A stretch of 64,000 nt of DNA from an uncultured Megasphaera sp. (GTDB lineage: Bacteria; Bacillota; Negativicutes; Veillonellales; Megasphaeraceae). Numbering within the stretch: position 1 is the stretch's first letter; each line of letters begins with the position of its first letter. Positions 51,741 to 60,413 of this stretch are shown piece by piece. The stretch covers positions 68,931 through 132,930 of the forward strand of contig CAKPVJ010000003.1 of the NCBI GenBank assembly GCA_934193515.1. Reading direction: 5' to 3'. Both the position numbers and the translations under genes were made by a program. Under the pieces are notes generated by a model, which was not told the origin of the DNA, searched no databases, and was given only the letters and a program-made list of their open reading frames with translations.

Positions 51741-52856
51741 ATGATGGATACATTTATGCTCAAACCTACCGTACTGGCGTACGATACGTGTAAAGAAATG
51801 GCAGAAGCCCTTCAAATTGGCGAAGGCGATTTGATGATTACGAACAAATACATCTATGACCCATATTTTGCCGACCTGCATTTGAAATGTGATGTATTAT
51901 TCCAGGAAAAATATGGTGCCGGTGAACCGTCTGATGAAATGGCAGAAGCCATGTACAAAGATTTCAAAGGCAATCCCAAACGTATTATTGCTGTTGGCGG
52001 CGGGACGATTATCGATTTGTCCAAATTCTTCTCACTGAAAACAACCACGCCGATTTTGGACCTCTATGACGGTAAAATCAAACCGGAAAAAGGCCGTGAA
52101 TTGGTTATCGTGCCGACGACATGCGGCACAGGCAGTGAAGTAACGAATGTAGCCGTATTGGCTCTTCTCAGCCGGGATACGAAAAAAGGTCTTGCTGTAG
52201 ACGAATTTTATGCCGATCAGGCCGTACTCGTACCGGAATTGTTGAAAACATTGCCGTATCGCGTATTTGCAACCAGCTCCATTGATGCGCTGGTACACGC
52301 TGTTGAATCGGCATTGTCTCCGAAAGCCAACGAAACGACAAAAATGTTCAGCTATCGGGCAATTGAAAAAATTCTGAATGGCTATAAACAGATTCGTGAC
52401 CATGGCCCGGAAGCGCGGATTCCGCTCTTGTCAGACTTCCTCGTAGCCAGCAACTATGCCGGCATCGCCTTTGGCAATGCCGGCTGTGCCGCTGTTCATG
52501 CATTGAGCTATCCTCTCGGCGGCAAATACCATGTAGCCCATGGTGAATCCAACTACGCTATGTTTACAGGCGTCATGAATTGCTACATGTCTATCAAATC
52601 GGACGGTGAAATTGCCGTCATGAATAAATTCCTGGCAGGCATTTTGGGATGCGACGTAGCCAATGTCTATGCAGAGCTGGAAAACCTGCTCAATATCGTA
52701 TTGCCGAAAAAGGCACTGCATGAATACGGCGTAACAGAAGACGACTTAAAAGAATTTACCGAATCCGTTATGCTCAACCAGGGCCGCTTGATGGCAAACA
52801 ACTTTGTCGTACTGGATGCGGACAAGGTATACAGCATCTATAAAGCGTTGTTCTAA
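51741..52856 (+). CDS. Iron-containing alcohol dehydrogenase, 4-hydroxybutyrate dehydrogenase-like
   Basis: Long colinear similarity to C. kluyveri 4hbD as recalled (..FQEKYG.GEPSDEM..IIAVGGG..IVPTTCGTGSEVTNV..SNYAGIAFGNAG..AVHALSYP.GG.YHV.HGE.NY..). ATG 51741 sits 6 nt after SD AAGGATGG. Confidence 0.75.
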   Translation: MMDTFMLKPTVLAYDTCKEMAEALQIGEGDLMITNKYIYDPYFADLHLKCDVLFQEKYGAGEPSDEMAEAMYKDFKGNPKRIIAVGGGTIIDLSKFFSLKTTTPILDLYDGKIKPEKGRELVIVPTTCGTGSEVTNVAVLALLSRDTKKGLAVDEFYADQAVLVPELLKTLPYRVFATSSIDALVHAVESALSPKANETTKMFSYRAIEKILNGYKQIRDHGPEARIPLLSDFLVASNYAGIAFGNAGCAAVHALSYPLGGKYHVAHGESNYAMFTGVMNCYMSIKSDGEIAVMNKFLAGILGCDVANVYAELENLLNIVLPKKALHEYGVTEDDLKEFTESVMLNQGRLMANNFVVLDADKVYSIYKALF

Positions 52857-52893
52857 TTCACATAACGATTAGAACATTGCCATAAACTCCAAG

Positions 52894-52945
52894 AAATCTC
52901 CTTTCAGCCGGCATTGGACCGTGTCGGCTAGGGGAGATTTTTTAT
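52894..52945 (+). terminator. Terminator hairpin (AAATCTCC..GGAGATTT + T-run) after the 4hbD-like gene
   Basis: Seen directly in sequence. Confidence 0.55.
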
Positions 52946-52974
52946 TTGTAAAATGGCAAATATACGAGTAGAAT
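52946..52974 (+). promoter_or_regulatory. Sigma70-like promoter TTGTAA-17-TAGAAT with conserved spacer AAATGGCAAATATA (copy A)
   Basis: Seen directly in sequence. Shares about 30 nt of near-identity with copy B at 54526..54554. Confidence 0.45.
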
Positions 52975-53179
52975 ATTTCGTATCATATAGAATGAAACAT
53001 AACGGAGGCGCCGCAGCCATTAGAATGCAGCGTCTTTCTTTTATGGCATTGGAGTATATTCTCATTTTGAATGATATATCGTTTGATTATTCATTTACAA
53101 ATAAAAAAAACAAGCCTATTATATACGTATAAGGAATGTGAATTTTATAACTTGTTTTTCTGGAAGAGAGGGATTTGTT

Positions 53180-54136
53180 ATGAGTATCAAAAAACGGATT
53201 GTTGGTGTTGTCGGCTTAGGTCATGTTGGTGCCCATGTCGCGTATAACCTGGGCATGATGGGTGTGGCTGATGAAGTAAAATTGTGTGATAAAAATACGG
53301 ATAAAGTAGTCAGTGAATGCAATGACCTCATGGATGCAGCGTATTTCATGCCTCACCGCGTCGTGTATAACGTCGTGGATTATGCAGGTCTTGCCGATTG
53401 TGATGTCATTGTCAATGCTATCGGCAAAATTGAATTATTAGCCACCTTAAACCGTGATAGTGAAATGGAAAATTCTGTACGGGAAGTAGCAGGCTTTGTA
53501 GAAAAGATTATGGCAGGCGGCTTTAACGGAATTTTTGTGAATATTACCAACCCCTGTGATGTCATTACGGATTTGGTACAAAAATTGAGCGGTTTGCCGC
53601 GAAATCGGGTATTTGGTACGGGTACAGGCTTAGATTCTTCGCGTTTGATTAGTGCCATTTCCCAACAGACGAATTTGGAACACCATTCGTTTACGGCGTT
53701 TATGATTGGCGAACATGGAAATGCCCAGATGGTTCCTTGGTCATTAATTTCCTTCCATGGCAAGCCCTTATCGGAATTGGCAGGCGATCCCCGCTTTGAT
53801 TTTGACCGTGAAGAAATGACAAAACGCGTTATTAACGGTGCTTGGACTACATTTAAAGGCAAACAATGTACCGAATATGGGGTAGCTGCTACGGGCGCGA
53901 CTGTTGTTCGTTCTATTCTTCATGACGAAAAGAAGATTATGCCTGTCAGTGCCTACCTTGACGGAGAATATGGTGAAACAGGCATTTATTGCGGGATTCC
54001 GGCGGTTGTTGGTGCTAACGGTATTGAACAAGTCATGGAATATACGTTGACTGCAGATGAAAAAACAGAATTTAAACGTTGCTGTGATGCCATTCGCGGC
54101 AATATTGCTAAAGCAGAACCATTTTGGAAGAAATAG
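53180..54136 (+). CDS. L-lactate/malate dehydrogenase-family 2-hydroxyacid dehydrogenase (Ldh/HicDH-like)
   Basis: N-terminal Rossmann VGVVGLGHVGAHVA, catalytic region IGEHGN. ATG 53180 follows SD AGAGGGA. The upstream leader is about 200 nt. Confidence 0.75.
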   Translation: MSIKKRIVGVVGLGHVGAHVAYNLGMMGVADEVKLCDKNTDKVVSECNDLMDAAYFMPHRVVYNVVDYAGLADCDVIVNAIGKIELLATLNRDSEMENSVREVAGFVEKIMAGGFNGIFVNITNPCDVITDLVQKLSGLPRNRVFGTGTGLDSSRLISAISQQTNLEHHSFTAFMIGEHGNAQMVPWSLISFHGKPLSELAGDPRFDFDREEMTKRVINGAWTTFKGKQCTEYGVAATGATVVRSILHDEKKIMPVSAYLDGEYGETGIYCGIPAVVGANGIEQVMEYTLTADEKTEFKRCCDAIRGNIAKAEPFWKK

Positions 54137-54170
54137 TATATCTTTCCATTCCAAAGAAATTCGCTAGTAT

Positions 54171-54219
54171 AACCGGCTGTACTGCATCTTGTAACCGATG
54201 ACAGACAGCCGGTTTATTT
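54171..54219 (+). terminator. Terminator hairpin (AACCGGCTGT/ACAGCCGGTT) after the ldh-like gene
   Basis: 10-bp perfect stem with a 24-nt loop, followed by a U-rich tail. Confidence 0.5.
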
Positions 54220-54525
54220 GTATACCATGGCAGCGATGAGAGTGAGTTGAAGGTGTCGGCAAAGGGGACATTATATGTGAAAAAATTCTCATAACATGCT
54301 TGCCGGGTATTACGTCATGACGAACCAGAATAGCACATCTTAAAAGAAGTTACAGCATCCGTTACGCCAAAATAAGGCTGTCAAAGGGATTTTTGGGCTG
54401 TATTTTTGTGTGTTTGGGAAAAATGGCTCGTTTTCACAAACAATGCTAGAAAGCATATATATGCATAAAACGAAGGCTGCAGCGGCTCTGATAGGAATAA
54501 CGTATACACTTTATTTGTTTTTTAC

Positions 54526-54554
54526 TTGTCAAATGGCAAATATAAGTGTAAAAT
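54526..54554 (+). promoter_or_regulatory. Sigma70-like promoter TTGTCA-17-TAAAAT with conserved spacer AAATGGCAAATATA (copy B)
   Basis: Seen directly in sequence. Lies upstream of the DUF3100 gene. Confidence 0.45.
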
Positions 54555-54644
54555 TTTTCATATACAGGGGTGTAAATATGTTAAAATTTTGTATGTATTT
54601 ACATCAAAAATCTCTATATTTCTATATTAAAGGAGGATATTGTA

Positions 54645-55967
54645 ATGGAGTTATTACGGTATTGGCGGATACATGTCTTTGCCTTGTGTCTCGTCGTGGT
54701 TGCTGAACTCATTGGCATCCAAAAATTTGGCTTAATCGTTTTCTTGCCTTTATTTTATGCATTAGTCCTTGGCGGTGTCATTAGTTATCCCAAATTTCAC
54801 ATCATGACAGATGACATGATGGAAAAAGCAGGGCTGTTTATGCCGATTGCTATGTTTTTCCTGCTCGTAAAAATCGGCCTGGGCATTGGCCCCAATCTGC
54901 ATATGCTGCTCAATTCCGGCTGGGCCCTGATTTTGCAGGAATTCGGCCATTTCTTTGGCACTCTGATTTTTGGCCTGCCTATGGCACTGTTCCTGAAAAT
55001 GGGGCGGGAAGCTGTTGGTGCCTGCTATTCTATTGACCGTGAACCGAATGTAGCCATCGTCGCTGAAAAATACGGCATGTTTTCGCCGGAAGGCCGCGGC
55101 GTTATGGGTATGTACATTTGCGGTACATTGTTTGGCGCGCTGTGGATTTCTATCCTTTCCGGGATTGTTGCCCGTACGGGAATTTTCCATCCCTATGCCC
55201 TGGCAATGGGCGGCGGTATCGGTAGTGCCAGCATGATGGCGGCTTCCGTCGGTTCGATTGTTGCCGTATTTCCGGAAGAAGCCCAGAAGATTCAGGCCTA
55301 TGCCGGCGCAGCCAACTTGATGACTTCGGTGCTGGGCGTATACTTTGCGCTCTTTATTTCTCTGCCCGTTACGGTCAAAGTCTATGAACTGATTACAGGC
55401 AAAAAGCGGCATGAAGAAATTTCAGAAGCAGAAAACGCCAAAGCAGCACAGCTGTCGGCAGAAGCAGCCAAACAGGCGGCAGAAGACGCAGCGGCTCTGA
55501 AAGACCAGAAGAGCCTGACGCGCGTGGACGACTTGCTCATTCTTTGCCTGACCGGCGTCCTGGGCTTTATCGGCAACATGGTTGGCAACTATCATGCCAG
55601 CGCGGCAGACAGCTTTACCGGCGCGCTGATTTTGGTCATCATCGCCTTTATTGGCTTGTGCATTGCCCATTTGCCGGTATTTCGCAAACTGCCCGTCGTT
55701 TTCTGGGTATCTATTTTTTCTGTTATTTGCTCTGTTCCCGGCATTCCGGGCACGGAATTTATTATTGAACACACGAAAAACTTCAACTTCCTGGCTACGA
55801 CGACGCCGATTCTGGCATACGGAGGCTTGTCGCTGGGCAAAGATATTCCGGCTTTCAAACGCCTGTCCTGGCGCATCGTACCGGTTGCCTTGATGGTAGC
55901 GACAGGTTCTTTCATCTGCGCGACAGTAATGGCTGAAATTATGCTTCATTTGGAAGGGATTTTCTAA
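54645..55967 (+). CDS. DUF3100-like integral membrane protein with an internal Ala/Glu-rich linker and a second membrane domain; putative transporter partner of the M20 amidohydrolase
   Basis: 440 aa. An N-terminal ~250-aa polytopic domain carries a GSASMMAAS motif, as I recall for DUF3100. A charged coiled-coil-like linker (AENAKAAQLSAEAAKQAAEDAAALK) follows, then a ~150-aa membrane domain. SD AGGAGG is 8 nt upstream. Confidence 0.45.
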   Translation: MELLRYWRIHVFALCLVVVAELIGIQKFGLIVFLPLFYALVLGGVISYPKFHIMTDDMMEKAGLFMPIAMFFLLVKIGLGIGPNLHMLLNSGWALILQEFGHFFGTLIFGLPMALFLKMGREAVGACYSIDREPNVAIVAEKYGMFSPEGRGVMGMYICGTLFGALWISILSGIVARTGIFHPYALAMGGGIGSASMMAASVGSIVAVFPEEAQKIQAYAGAANLMTSVLGVYFALFISLPVTVKVYELITGKKRHEEISEAENAKAAQLSAEAAKQAAEDAAALKDQKSLTRVDDLLILCLTGVLGFIGNMVGNYHASAADSFTGALILVIIAFIGLCIAHLPVFRKLPVVFWVSIFSVICSVPGIPGTEFIIEHTKNFNFLATTTPILAYGGLSLGKDIPAFKRLSWRIVPVALMVATGSFICATVMAEIMLHLEGIF

Positions 55968-55982
55968 GATAGAAGGGATAGT

Positions 55983-57290
55983 ATGACAAAAGAAGAATTA
56001 AAACAACAAGTCTGCCAGGCGATTGAAAAGCGGGCAGACGAAATCAAAGCCTTTGGCGAATCGGTTTTTGCTGAACCGGAACTCGGATATAAAGAACATA
56101 AAACTTCGCAAAAAGTACAAGATAAACTGGCCGCATTGGGCATTCCCTTTACGACAGGCCATGCCATTACCGGCGTCAAAGGGCGTCTCAAAGGTAGCCA
56201 TTCCCGCCGTACCGTCGCCGTACTGGGCGAATTGGATTCGATTATTTGCCGGAACCATCCATCGGCAGATGAAACGACCGGGGCCGCCCACTGCTGCGGC
56301 CATTATGTCCAAACGGCTGACATGCTCGGCGTGGCGATGGCGCTGAAAGATACGAATGCCATGCAGTATCTTGGCGGTGATGTCGTATTCTTTGCCGTGC
56401 CGTCAGAAGAATGCATTGAAATCGAGTACCGCAACGTTCTCCGCGAAAAAGGAAAAATTCATTTCTTTGGCGGCAAACAAGAACTGCTGTATCAAGGCGA
56501 TTTTGACGATATTGATGCGGCTATGGAAATGCATGTCGCGACGACGGATGACCCGCAGGGCAATATTTTTATCGGCGGCTCCAGCAGCGGCTTTATCAGC
56601 AAGCTCATCGATTATCACGGCAAAGCGGCCCATGCAGCTGCCGCACCGGATCAAGGTATCAACGCGTTGAATGCGGCTATGCTCGGCATTATGGGTGTCA
56701 ATGCGCTGCGGGAAACCTTCCGGGAAGAAGATTATGTCCGTTTCCATCCCATTATCAACAGCGGCGGCGATTTGGTCAATGTCGTACCGGATTACGTCCG
56801 CATGGAAAGTTATGTTCGGGCTGCATCTGCAAAGGCGATGAAAAAATATAACAGTGATATTGACAGGGCATTAACGGCAGGAGCTATGGCAGTAGGTGCG
56901 GCCTGTGATATCCATAATCTGCCCGGCTATCTGCCGATGTATCAGGACAAGAGTACGACGGCTCTCTTGGAAGCCAACTGCAGCGACATCTTTGGCAAAG
57001 ACCATATCATCCATGCGCCGCACAACGCAGGCAGTACCGATATGGGGGACTTGTCCCATTTGATGCCGATTATTCACCCTCATGTAGGCTGCGTACACGG
57101 TGCGCTGCACAGTGCCGACTATACGCTGTTTGAAGAAAAAACGGCATACATCAAAACGACACAAGTCATGGCTATGACGCTCATTGACTTGCTGTACGAT
57201 GATGCATCCGGCTTGGAAACCGTGCTAAAACAGTTCCATCCGATCATGACCAAACAAGAATATCTAGACTTTATGGCTTCCATTCACTAG
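55983..57290 (+). CDS. M20-family metallo-amidohydrolase/peptidase (M20D, aminoacylase/AbgB-like)
   Basis: Metal-binding region (HCCGH), dimerisation-domain pattern, and 435 aa length. Confidence 0.8.
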   Translation: MTKEELKQQVCQAIEKRADEIKAFGESVFAEPELGYKEHKTSQKVQDKLAALGIPFTTGHAITGVKGRLKGSHSRRTVAVLGELDSIICRNHPSADETTGAAHCCGHYVQTADMLGVAMALKDTNAMQYLGGDVVFFAVPSEECIEIEYRNVLREKGKIHFFGGKQELLYQGDFDDIDAAMEMHVATTDDPQGNIFIGGSSSGFISKLIDYHGKAAHAAAAPDQGINALNAAMLGIMGVNALRETFREEDYVRFHPIINSGGDLVNVVPDYVRMESYVRAASAKAMKKYNSDIDRALTAGAMAVGAACDIHNLPGYLPMYQDKSTTALLEANCSDIFGKDHIIHAPHNAGSTDMGDLSHLMPIIHPHVGCVHGALHSADYTLFEEKTAYIKTTQVMAMTLIDLLYDDASGLETVLKQFHPIMTKQEYLDFMASIH

Positions 57291-57319
57291 AAAGCGGCGC
57301 ATAGGTCAACATACGCAGG

Positions 57320-57368
57320 GCTGCGACAAAATGAAACGTTTTGAGTTCATTTTGTCACAGCCTTTTTA
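57320..57368 (+). terminator. Strong rho-independent terminator after the M20 gene (16-bp stem + T5)
   Basis: GCTGCGACAAAATGAA..TTCATTTTGTCACAGC followed by CTTTTT. Confidence 0.65.
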
Positions 57369-57559
57369 CTATACCGTTTTATGTGCATCGTTTGTAACAG
57401 TATGATTCATGTTCTTCCAACTTAAACTAAACACTTTTAAAGGAAGAATATGGTACATGACAGCTAAACACATTATATGACAGCTCCTCTCACATTGCCC
57501 GTCTGCACAAAATCCGTTCCTGTGGTATAATACGTAATAATGAAAGGAGTCTCGATAGT

Positions 57560-58279
57560 GTGTGGAACAAAGTAATAACAATGTTGTGCGCAGCTTGGAT
57601 GGGCGTGGCGGCAGGCTGTCCTGTCCATGCTATTACGCAGGAAGAACTCGTCTATGACCAAGTCAGCAAATATATTAACGGGCAGGATGCAGCCGATATT
57701 GCCCAAGATATCTGTGACGCTTCCTATACGTATCATGTCGATCCGATTTTGGTCGCAGCCGTATTTACGACAGAAAGCAATTTTGACAACTCCGCCGTAT
57801 CCGGCGTAGGCGCTATTGGCATTGCCCAGCTCATGCCGGACACGGCAGCCCAGCTCCATGTCAATCCGTACGACCGCAAAGAAAATATTTATGGCGGCGT
57901 AAAATACCTGGGACAAATGGTAGACCGCTATCGCACCTGGGATAAACCCTTTGTCTATGCTGAAGCGGCTTACAATGCCGGCCCCGGTGCCGTCGATAGA
58001 GCCGGCGGCGTACCGCATTATACAGAAACGATGAACTACGTCCAAAGCGTAGAAAAAACACGGCAGGAAATCTGGCGGATTGCCGGCGCAGAAGCCAGCA
58101 GCGGACGAGCCTATACGGCTGCCAATCCCTACCATCAGCCGCTGCACCAAGCAGCTAAAGAATTTCCCAGCCTGCAGGAATGGCATGCCCAACAAGCAAA
58201 AATGAAATCCAGCGCAGCCATCGCTAAAGATGTCCCCAAAACAGCTGCGTCTGTTAATCATGAAGAAACAGAAAAATAA
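57560..58279 (+). CDS. Secreted lytic transglycosylase (SLT domain)
   Basis: Signal peptide; SLT catalytic motif ..ESNF..AVSGVGAIGIAQLMP..YNAG... GTG start 8 nt after SD GAAAGGAG. Confidence 0.75.
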   Translation: MWNKVITMLCAAWMGVAAGCPVHAITQEELVYDQVSKYINGQDAADIAQDICDASYTYHVDPILVAAVFTTESNFDNSAVSGVGAIGIAQLMPDTAAQLHVNPYDRKENIYGGVKYLGQMVDRYRTWDKPFVYAEAAYNAGPGAVDRAGGVPHYTETMNYVQSVEKTRQEIWRIAGAEASSGRAYTAANPYHQPLHQAAKEFPSLQEWHAQQAKMKSSAAIAKDVPKTAASVNHEETEK

Positions 58280-58531
58280 AATATGCATCTCCTAAAATCC
58301 AGAGGAGATGGCTGAAATTACTACAGGCAGACGGCCGCTTGCAGTATTCTTGTTCATTTTCTTCAAACTTCAAACAAAAAACGAAAAGCTTTTAAAGAAA
58401 AAGCAGGGGATATGGCAGAGACTGTGAATACTGGATACCTGCAATGTGAATATGATACCTGTTTGCGTATGCTGTTCACACAGCATATTGGAGTATTTGT
58501 TATAAAATAGACTCTAAAATGAACAGATTTA

Positions 58532-58560
58532 TTGACAACGAATAGGTTTACGTGTAACAT
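58532..58560 (+). promoter_or_regulatory. Consensus-like sigma70 promoter TTGACA-17-TAACAT upstream of the capsule locus
   Basis: Seen directly in sequence. Preceded by direct repeats at 58423..58461 and a palindrome at 58468..58487. Confidence 0.5.
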
Positions 58561-58604
58561 ATGTGTTATAGTACAGTATTAGAGTAAACAAAGGGGCAAT
58601 ACAT

Positions 58605-59402
58605 ATGACATCTTTTTTTGATATTCATTCACATATTTTACCGGATATTGAAGGAGATGACGGTTCCCGCTCGATGGATATGACGCTGCAGATGCTGCGT
58701 ATGGCTGCAGAAGCAGGTACGACAGATATCGTTGCAACACCACATGTCAATCGCCGCGAAACAGTACCCCGCTGGGAAGATATAAAACAACGGGTTCAGC
58801 AAGTACAGGACGAAGCAGATAAAGCACAAATTCCGATTCATATCTATGCAGGTGCAGAAGTAGAAATGAACTATAAAGCCTTGGAATTTTTGCCTAAAGG
58901 CGGTAAACAGTATTGTCTCAATGAAACCCCATACATATTGGCAGAACTGACAGAACAAAGCCAGGTGGACCAGACAGAACAGCTTTTATTTGAACTCATG
59001 CTGCGGGGATATATTCCTATTTTGGCGCATCCGGAACGGTACACATGCATTATGCATCATCCGAATAGAGTACTGCAGTGGATGCAGCGGGGCGTATTGA
59101 CGCAGTGTAATATGGGAAGCTTTGTCGGTGCATTTGGAGAACATGTACAGCAGCGGGCAGAAAATCTGCTGCGCCATCACATGGTAGTATTTGTGGGAAG
59201 TGATGCCCATCGCACGGATTGGCGTACACCAGACCAGCGGAAAGGGCAGATGCAAATCCAAAAATTAGGCGGCAGCTTGGACGTATATACGAGTCATGCG
59301 GCCAAACTGCTTCAGGGAAAACCTGTGTATCCGCCTGATTTGCCAGCAGAATGGAAAGAAAAGAAGCGGGGATTTTTTGCCAGACTTTTTCATGGAAATT
59401 AG
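58605..59402 (+). CDS. cpsB: Capsular polysaccharide biosynthesis protein-tyrosine phosphatase (PHP family, CpsB/Wzh/YwqE)
   Basis: N-terminal DIHSHILPDIEGDDGSRSMDMTLQMLRMAAEAGTTDIVATPH PHP-domain signature. Confidence 0.8.
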   Translation: MTSFFDIHSHILPDIEGDDGSRSMDMTLQMLRMAAEAGTTDIVATPHVNRRETVPRWEDIKQRVQQVQDEADKAQIPIHIYAGAEVEMNYKALEFLPKGGKQYCLNETPYILAELTEQSQVDQTEQLLFELMLRGYIPILAHPERYTCIMHHPNRVLQWMQRGVLTQCNMGSFVGAFGEHVQQRAENLLRHHMVVFVGSDAHRTDWRTPDQRKGQMQIQKLGGSLDVYTSHAAKLLQGKPVYPPDLPAEWKEKKRGFFARLFHGN

Positions 59403-59553
59403 GCACGCTATAAAATCCATACGGAAAGGAATGAAATAGATGTATCCAATGAATATGCTGACTTACAAAGAAAATACATATGTTTCATATGCTTATGATG
59501 TGGATAGGTATGCCTTGAAAAATGGCGTTGTAGATAAGAATGAAAATGTTCTG

Positions 59554-59562
59554 CCCCCCCCC
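59554..59562 (+). repeat. Homopolymeric C9 tract (G9 on the minus strand)
   Basis: Seen directly in sequence. It lies in the wzh-wza intergenic region, inside a 43-aa SD-preceded ORF (59440..59571). Confidence 0.9.
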
Positions 59563-59722
59563 GCTGTGTAAATATTGCCATGTATTGCACTTTTTATGTA
59601 CCGATGTGTGGTGTGAGTAAAATATTTGCGTATATATCAATAAGGCAGCATAGCCATATGGTGCCTTTTTTGGCATGCTATAAGTACGAAGAGTTATAAA
59701 CGTAACTATAGGAGGTTTTGGG

Positions 59723-60376
59723 ATGAAGTATAAATTCATAACATCGTTGGTCGTCTTAGCAGGTATGACGACAGCCGCTTTTGCTGCAGACTATACCCTG
59801 CGGGCCGGCGACCAGCTTAGCATTATGATTACACAAGAACAAGATATTAGTACGACGACACAAAACAGCAACTATACGCCGTATCAAATTCGCCCGGATG
59901 GCAAGGTATCAGTACCGTTGGTAGGAGAAATCGAAGCCCAAGGAATGACCGTCAGCCAATTTACAGATACTCTTCGCCAGGGCTTATCCCGCTATATTGT
60001 ACAGCCTGATGTCGCTGTCAATATTGTCAAACTCGGCGGCGTACGTGTTTATGTATTTGGCGAAGTCAACAAACCAGGAGCCTATGAATTGACGAAATCC
60101 CACCGTGTGATGGACGCTATCGGGGCTGCCAACGGCTTTAACTGGGATACAGCCAAAAAGAAAATTTTCCTCATTCATCAGGACAACCCAGAAAAAGCGA
60201 TTCCTATCAACCTCAATAAAATGCTGCAAACCGGCGATATGACCGAAAACTATGAAATGCGGGAAGGAGATATTCTCTATCTCACCAAAAACAGCCGTAT
60301 CAGCTTTGCTAGAGACATTGCGCCTATCTTCTCGACAGTATACACGATGCAGCGTATTAAAGATCATGATGACTAA
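59723..60376 (+). CDS. wza: Polysaccharide export protein, Wza-like (Poly_export + SLBB)
   Basis: Signal peptide, Poly_export motif and SLBB domain pattern. SD GGAGG lies upstream. Confidence 0.8.
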   Translation: MKYKFITSLVVLAGMTTAAFAADYTLRAGDQLSIMITQEQDISTTTQNSNYTPYQIRPDGKVSVPLVGEIEAQGMTVSQFTDTLRQGLSRYIVQPDVAVNIVKLGGVRVYVFGEVNKPGAYELTKSHRVMDAIGAANGFNWDTAKKKIFLIHQDNPEKAIPINLNKMLQTGDMTENYEMREGDILYLTKNSRISFARDIAPIFSTVYTMQRIKDHDD

Positions 60377-60413
60377 TAGATTTTCTAAGATAGCATAGCC
60401 ATATCACTAAGGA

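Noticed and set aside
52946-52974. Sigma54 (-24/-12) interpretation of the TGGCA-containing conserved motif
   Set aside because: GG is present but there is no GC dinucleotide 10 nt downstream. The spacing fits a sigma70 -35/-10 pair instead.
54410-54706. 98-aa + strand ORF
   Set aside because: It runs through the predicted promoter and SD of the DUF3100 gene and has no SD of its own. It is an AT-rich read-through artefact.
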